Assembly (NCBI GenBank): GCA_008632985.1
Contig: QPGO01000113.1
Span: 64,947-128,946, forward strand
Origin: Psammoneis japonica
Lineage: Eukaryota
Length of the DNA: 64,000 bases
Reading direction: 5' to 3'
Shown: one piece after another, positions 60,898 to 64,000 of the stretch
Layout: the number at the start of each line of letters is the position of its first letter
Numbering within the stretch: position 1 is the stretch's first letter
Made by a program: the position numbers and the translations under genes
The notes under the pieces: model-generated
The model's input: the letters and a program-made list of their open reading frames with translations, nothing else
What the model was told of the DNA's origin: nothing
The model's database searches: none

Positions 60898-61208
60898 CCA
60901 CGCATGTGCACCATAGAAACACGTGCACATGTCACCAGGATGTCTCCACTCAGCCAAAAAAGCTTTGCCCAATGCTGGGATCACCTGTTGGCTGGACGCC
61001 ACAAACAGCAAGTTGCTGCCTTGTTGGGGTGTGACTCATTGATTTTCCAGGTTGAGCTGCACCACACTTGCAGTGCTGCAACAATCTTGTTGGAGGGACA
61101 AAATCATTTTGTCTGTTGGGACATTGCAAAGCCATCTGATGGAAGTGTGTTGCGATCTCTGAGTTTTGCAAATTCCATCGATGACAACAAGCAAGAGCAC
61201 TGCTCAAC

Positions 61209-61635
61209 AGACTGGCTCTGCAAAGGTTTCAGATTCTGAGAAATTTGGTTTGCAGGAAGCTTTGCAAAATGTGACCTCTCCTGCACGAATCAACATTGAG
61301 AAAGAGAACCAACACGTGCAGCAAGTGTTTCCGCTTGAAGGCAAAGCAAATGTGAGTGCCAGAAACAAGGAGTGCTGAACCAAGATGAACAGACTTCAGA
61401 GTCACTGCTCGCGACTTGGGGTGTTCCAACCTGCTTGCCGCACTGATGGTCTGTCGTGTACAACAAGACGGCCATTGGCTGGCCCACAATAACAAAGAAA
61501 CAAACCCAGAAGACAATGTTTGGCATGCCAAGCAGCCTCTGAAAAAAGTACTTTGTGATTGCCACCAGAGGAAACATCATGCCAACAAAGGACCAAGGGC
61601 GGATTACATGGAAGGGGATGCAAATGAGAAGATCG
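61209..61635 (-). pseudogene. Degenerate tandem duplicate of the DGAT1 3' coding end and 3' flank (template 61653-62072)
   Basis: Reads LLICIPFHVIRPWSFVGMMFPLVAITKYF...NIVFWVCF...GQPMAVLLYT, with indels relative to the gene. Confidence 0.85.
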
Positions 61636-61777
61636 GACCAGCGCCACTCAAAAGACTGGAGAAAGGTTTCAGATTCTGAGTAATCTAGACCGCAGGAAGC
61701 CTTGCAAAACGCGACCTCTACGTACATCAGCATTAGGAAAGAGGACCAACAAGTAGCATTTCGGCTCAAAGATAAAA

Positions 61778-64000
61778 TTAATGTGAACGCCAAAAACAAG
61801 GAATGCCGAACCGAGGTAAACAGACTTCAGAATCATTGGCGTCTTGGGGTGTTCCAAACTGCTTTCCGTACTGATAGTCTGCCGTGTACAACAAAATGGC
61901 CATTGGCTGGCCCACAACACAGAAACAAATCCAGAAGACAATGTTTCCTATGGAACTCCCTGGAAGCCTCCGATACAAGTACTTTGTGATTGCCACCAGA
62001 GGAATTTGTAACATCATGCCAAAAAAGGACCAGGGGCGGATCATATGGAAGGGGATGCTTATGAGAAGCTCGTGCATGATTGCCGACAAGAAAAAAACAA
62101 GAAACATAGATGTCAATTTTGAAAGTCTCATGCGGATGCACGGAAAGTAGACATGTCGAATGAGCCAGTAATGAACTGGCATATTCCACAGTCTCCAGTA
62201 AGCCGACACCTCTGAAGAATTCCACCAATCCTTGTAGAACACCCGATCCCCAAAGCGAAGAAGTTCCGCCATTAGATTGAGATAGAGATGAAAGTAGATA
62301 TAAAATATCAATAACCACTTGGCAACGAGAAAGTGGAAGAAAGGTGAGCGCATTTTTTTCATAAAAAAGAGCATCGTGTCGGGAAGCTCCTCTTACCTCA
62401 TAAGTGTTGACGATTGCCAGCTTTAGCCAGTACTCTGCCATGATCTTGGCCGTATACTGCCCATTCGTCCCTTCGAGATCACGCACAAGACTGTTGAGAT
62501 TCGGTGCGATTACTTGAGCCGTGAGAAATAGAGAAAGAGAGACAGCAAACAAAAGACGAGCCAACAATCCAACGACCCTCCAGATTCTAATCCTCTGGGT
62601 GCGAGGAAACGCAATCTGGTAGGTAAGTGTCGGAGCAAGCCAGAAGTAATACATGTTGGAGAGAGTAACATTTCTGAGCGGAGAGCAGTTGACAAGAGGA
62701 GATGATGAGACCAACGTGGTGCTTTTGACATGGACTAGGAATTGAAATCATACACTCATACCTTGGATATGAAACCGAAATTTCTTCGGGATCAACGTCC
62801 TCGACAAGGGTGACTGTAGTGCGATGTGTGGTCTCTGGATTCGCGCGGTAGTCCGCATTGGCCAGCATGTAGGAAAGCAACTTCATCCATGTGATCACTG
62901 CATTCAAGAGAACGATGCCTCCAATGGTCGGACTGTCGATAAAGTTCCAGACGACAAAAATCATTGTGGCTAGACAGGAGTTTGCATTCAGATGGTGGAA
63001 CGTGCCCCCCAGCCCCTCGCTTATCTTGTTTCTGCTGAGAAGCCACTCAATCATAAAGGCACTTATGATGAAGAGCTGAAGAAGCGCGAATTCAGCGATA
63101 AACGGTGTTTCCTTCCACGACTCAAGAGTGAAGAGAGTAAAGAAGGTTGGAATGTGAACATTTGACAACACGAATCCGTGTTTTCGGCTCGTGTCCAGAA
63201 TGAGGCGAAAATTTGATACAACAAGAATGATCATGGCCAGGTTGAAGAAGCCGCGGTAGTTTTGCATAGATGCTTCTGCACTCAGGTAGGAAGGAGCCGC
63301 GGATCTATGCATTGGCCTTGAGGGAGGATATCCACTCGATGACCTCGGATTCGACTTTGCTGTGTCAGCGTTGGCAGACGTCGTGCGGTACTGCTTTTTC
63401 ACTTTCAACTTGGTTCCAGATGGTGTCCGGCTAAGTGGGCGGGCCTCTCCGGGGGCAAAGTAAAGTGCCGGAAGGGTACCCTTTGTGTTGCGTTTGAGGA
63501 TTGGAATTTCGGAGACCATTGAATTATGCTGCTGTTTTTGCTTCTCCATCTCTGCCAATCTCCTCGCCTCCTCCACTACGAATGTTTCAGAATCACAATA
63601 CGCGCAGGCTTCCGATATCAGACGAACCCACTGCGTCTTTTCTGCCAGACTAGGTGTCGAAAACCGCAAGAGTGGCACGATACCTTCCGGAGAATCATCG
63701 CTATGATCACTCGCATCAATGTCATCTTCGAACGTGTCTGGTCGCTGGAAGATACTGAACACGTGGAAATAGGCACCGACCTCATCAAGAGGCGGAGTCT
63801 CGCTATCTTTCCGCTTACGACTCTGCCGCTTATTTAATTTGTAGCCATCATCGCGAACTCCAAAACCTCGCAAAGTGAGGAAATACCTCGGAGCCTCGTC
63901 GGTATGAGACTTGAAATACGAGAGCTTGCCTCCCTCGAGACATACAAACCTCAAATCCCACTTGGTGCCGCCCCAACCGATTGACCGATCTTGCCACTTG
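61778..64000 (-). CDS. DGAT1: Diacylglycerol O-acyltransferase 1 (MBOAT) with N-terminal PH domain; 5' end beyond the window (exons >64000-62762, 62673-62397, 62317-61778)
   Basis: PH-like W..RFVCL....LSYF...LLRFST; QNYRGFFNL, KLLSY, APTLTYQ..FPR, AELLRFGDRVFYKDWWN, WNMPVH.W, F..SA..HE; two GT-AG introns. Confidence 0.95.

Noticed and set aside
41600..61500. Dense overlapping 60-300 aa ORFs in all six frames (also 15.4-21.2, 25-28.3 and 32-35.3 kb)
   Set aside because: Artefact of TA loss: TAA/TAG stops are removed and translations become Cys/His-rich and Tyr-free. They are not genes.

Overview
Eukaryotic nuclear DNA, most likely from a pennate diatom (PH-domain DGAT1, diatom-type TM-LRR genes, CoDi-like copia remnants, short GT-AG introns). 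Gene islands alternate with transposon-rich blocks. Genes: NOL11/Utp8-like, UBE2J2/Ubc6, RPB3, SDH4, a secreted unknown, DUS3L, a REase+kinase (Crinkler-like) gene, a Tudor/MBT-like+AP2-like gene, a CBM9-like gene, two TM-LRR paralogues and DGAT1. Transposons: three related Ty3/gypsy LTR elements, three HINE/DINE-like elements, a CRE-like LINE with a solo LTR, two MITEs, a 3.4-kb foldback and a gag-only copia-like element. The standout observation is that the repeat blocks (about 1-2.9, 15.4-21.2, 25.0-28.3, 32.1-35.2, 41.4-50.9, 51.7-55.5 and 56.7-61.5 kb) have lost nearly every TpA dinucleotide by TA->TG or TA->CA (A:T->G:C on both strands). YTAR sites are largely spared and domain edges are sharp. 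Paired LTRs, repeat copies, conserved Tyr motifs and a duplicated host exon show this happened in genomic DNA after insertion. It looks like a RIP-like, adenine-directed hypermutation of silenced domains, of which I know no description. All counts are by eye.
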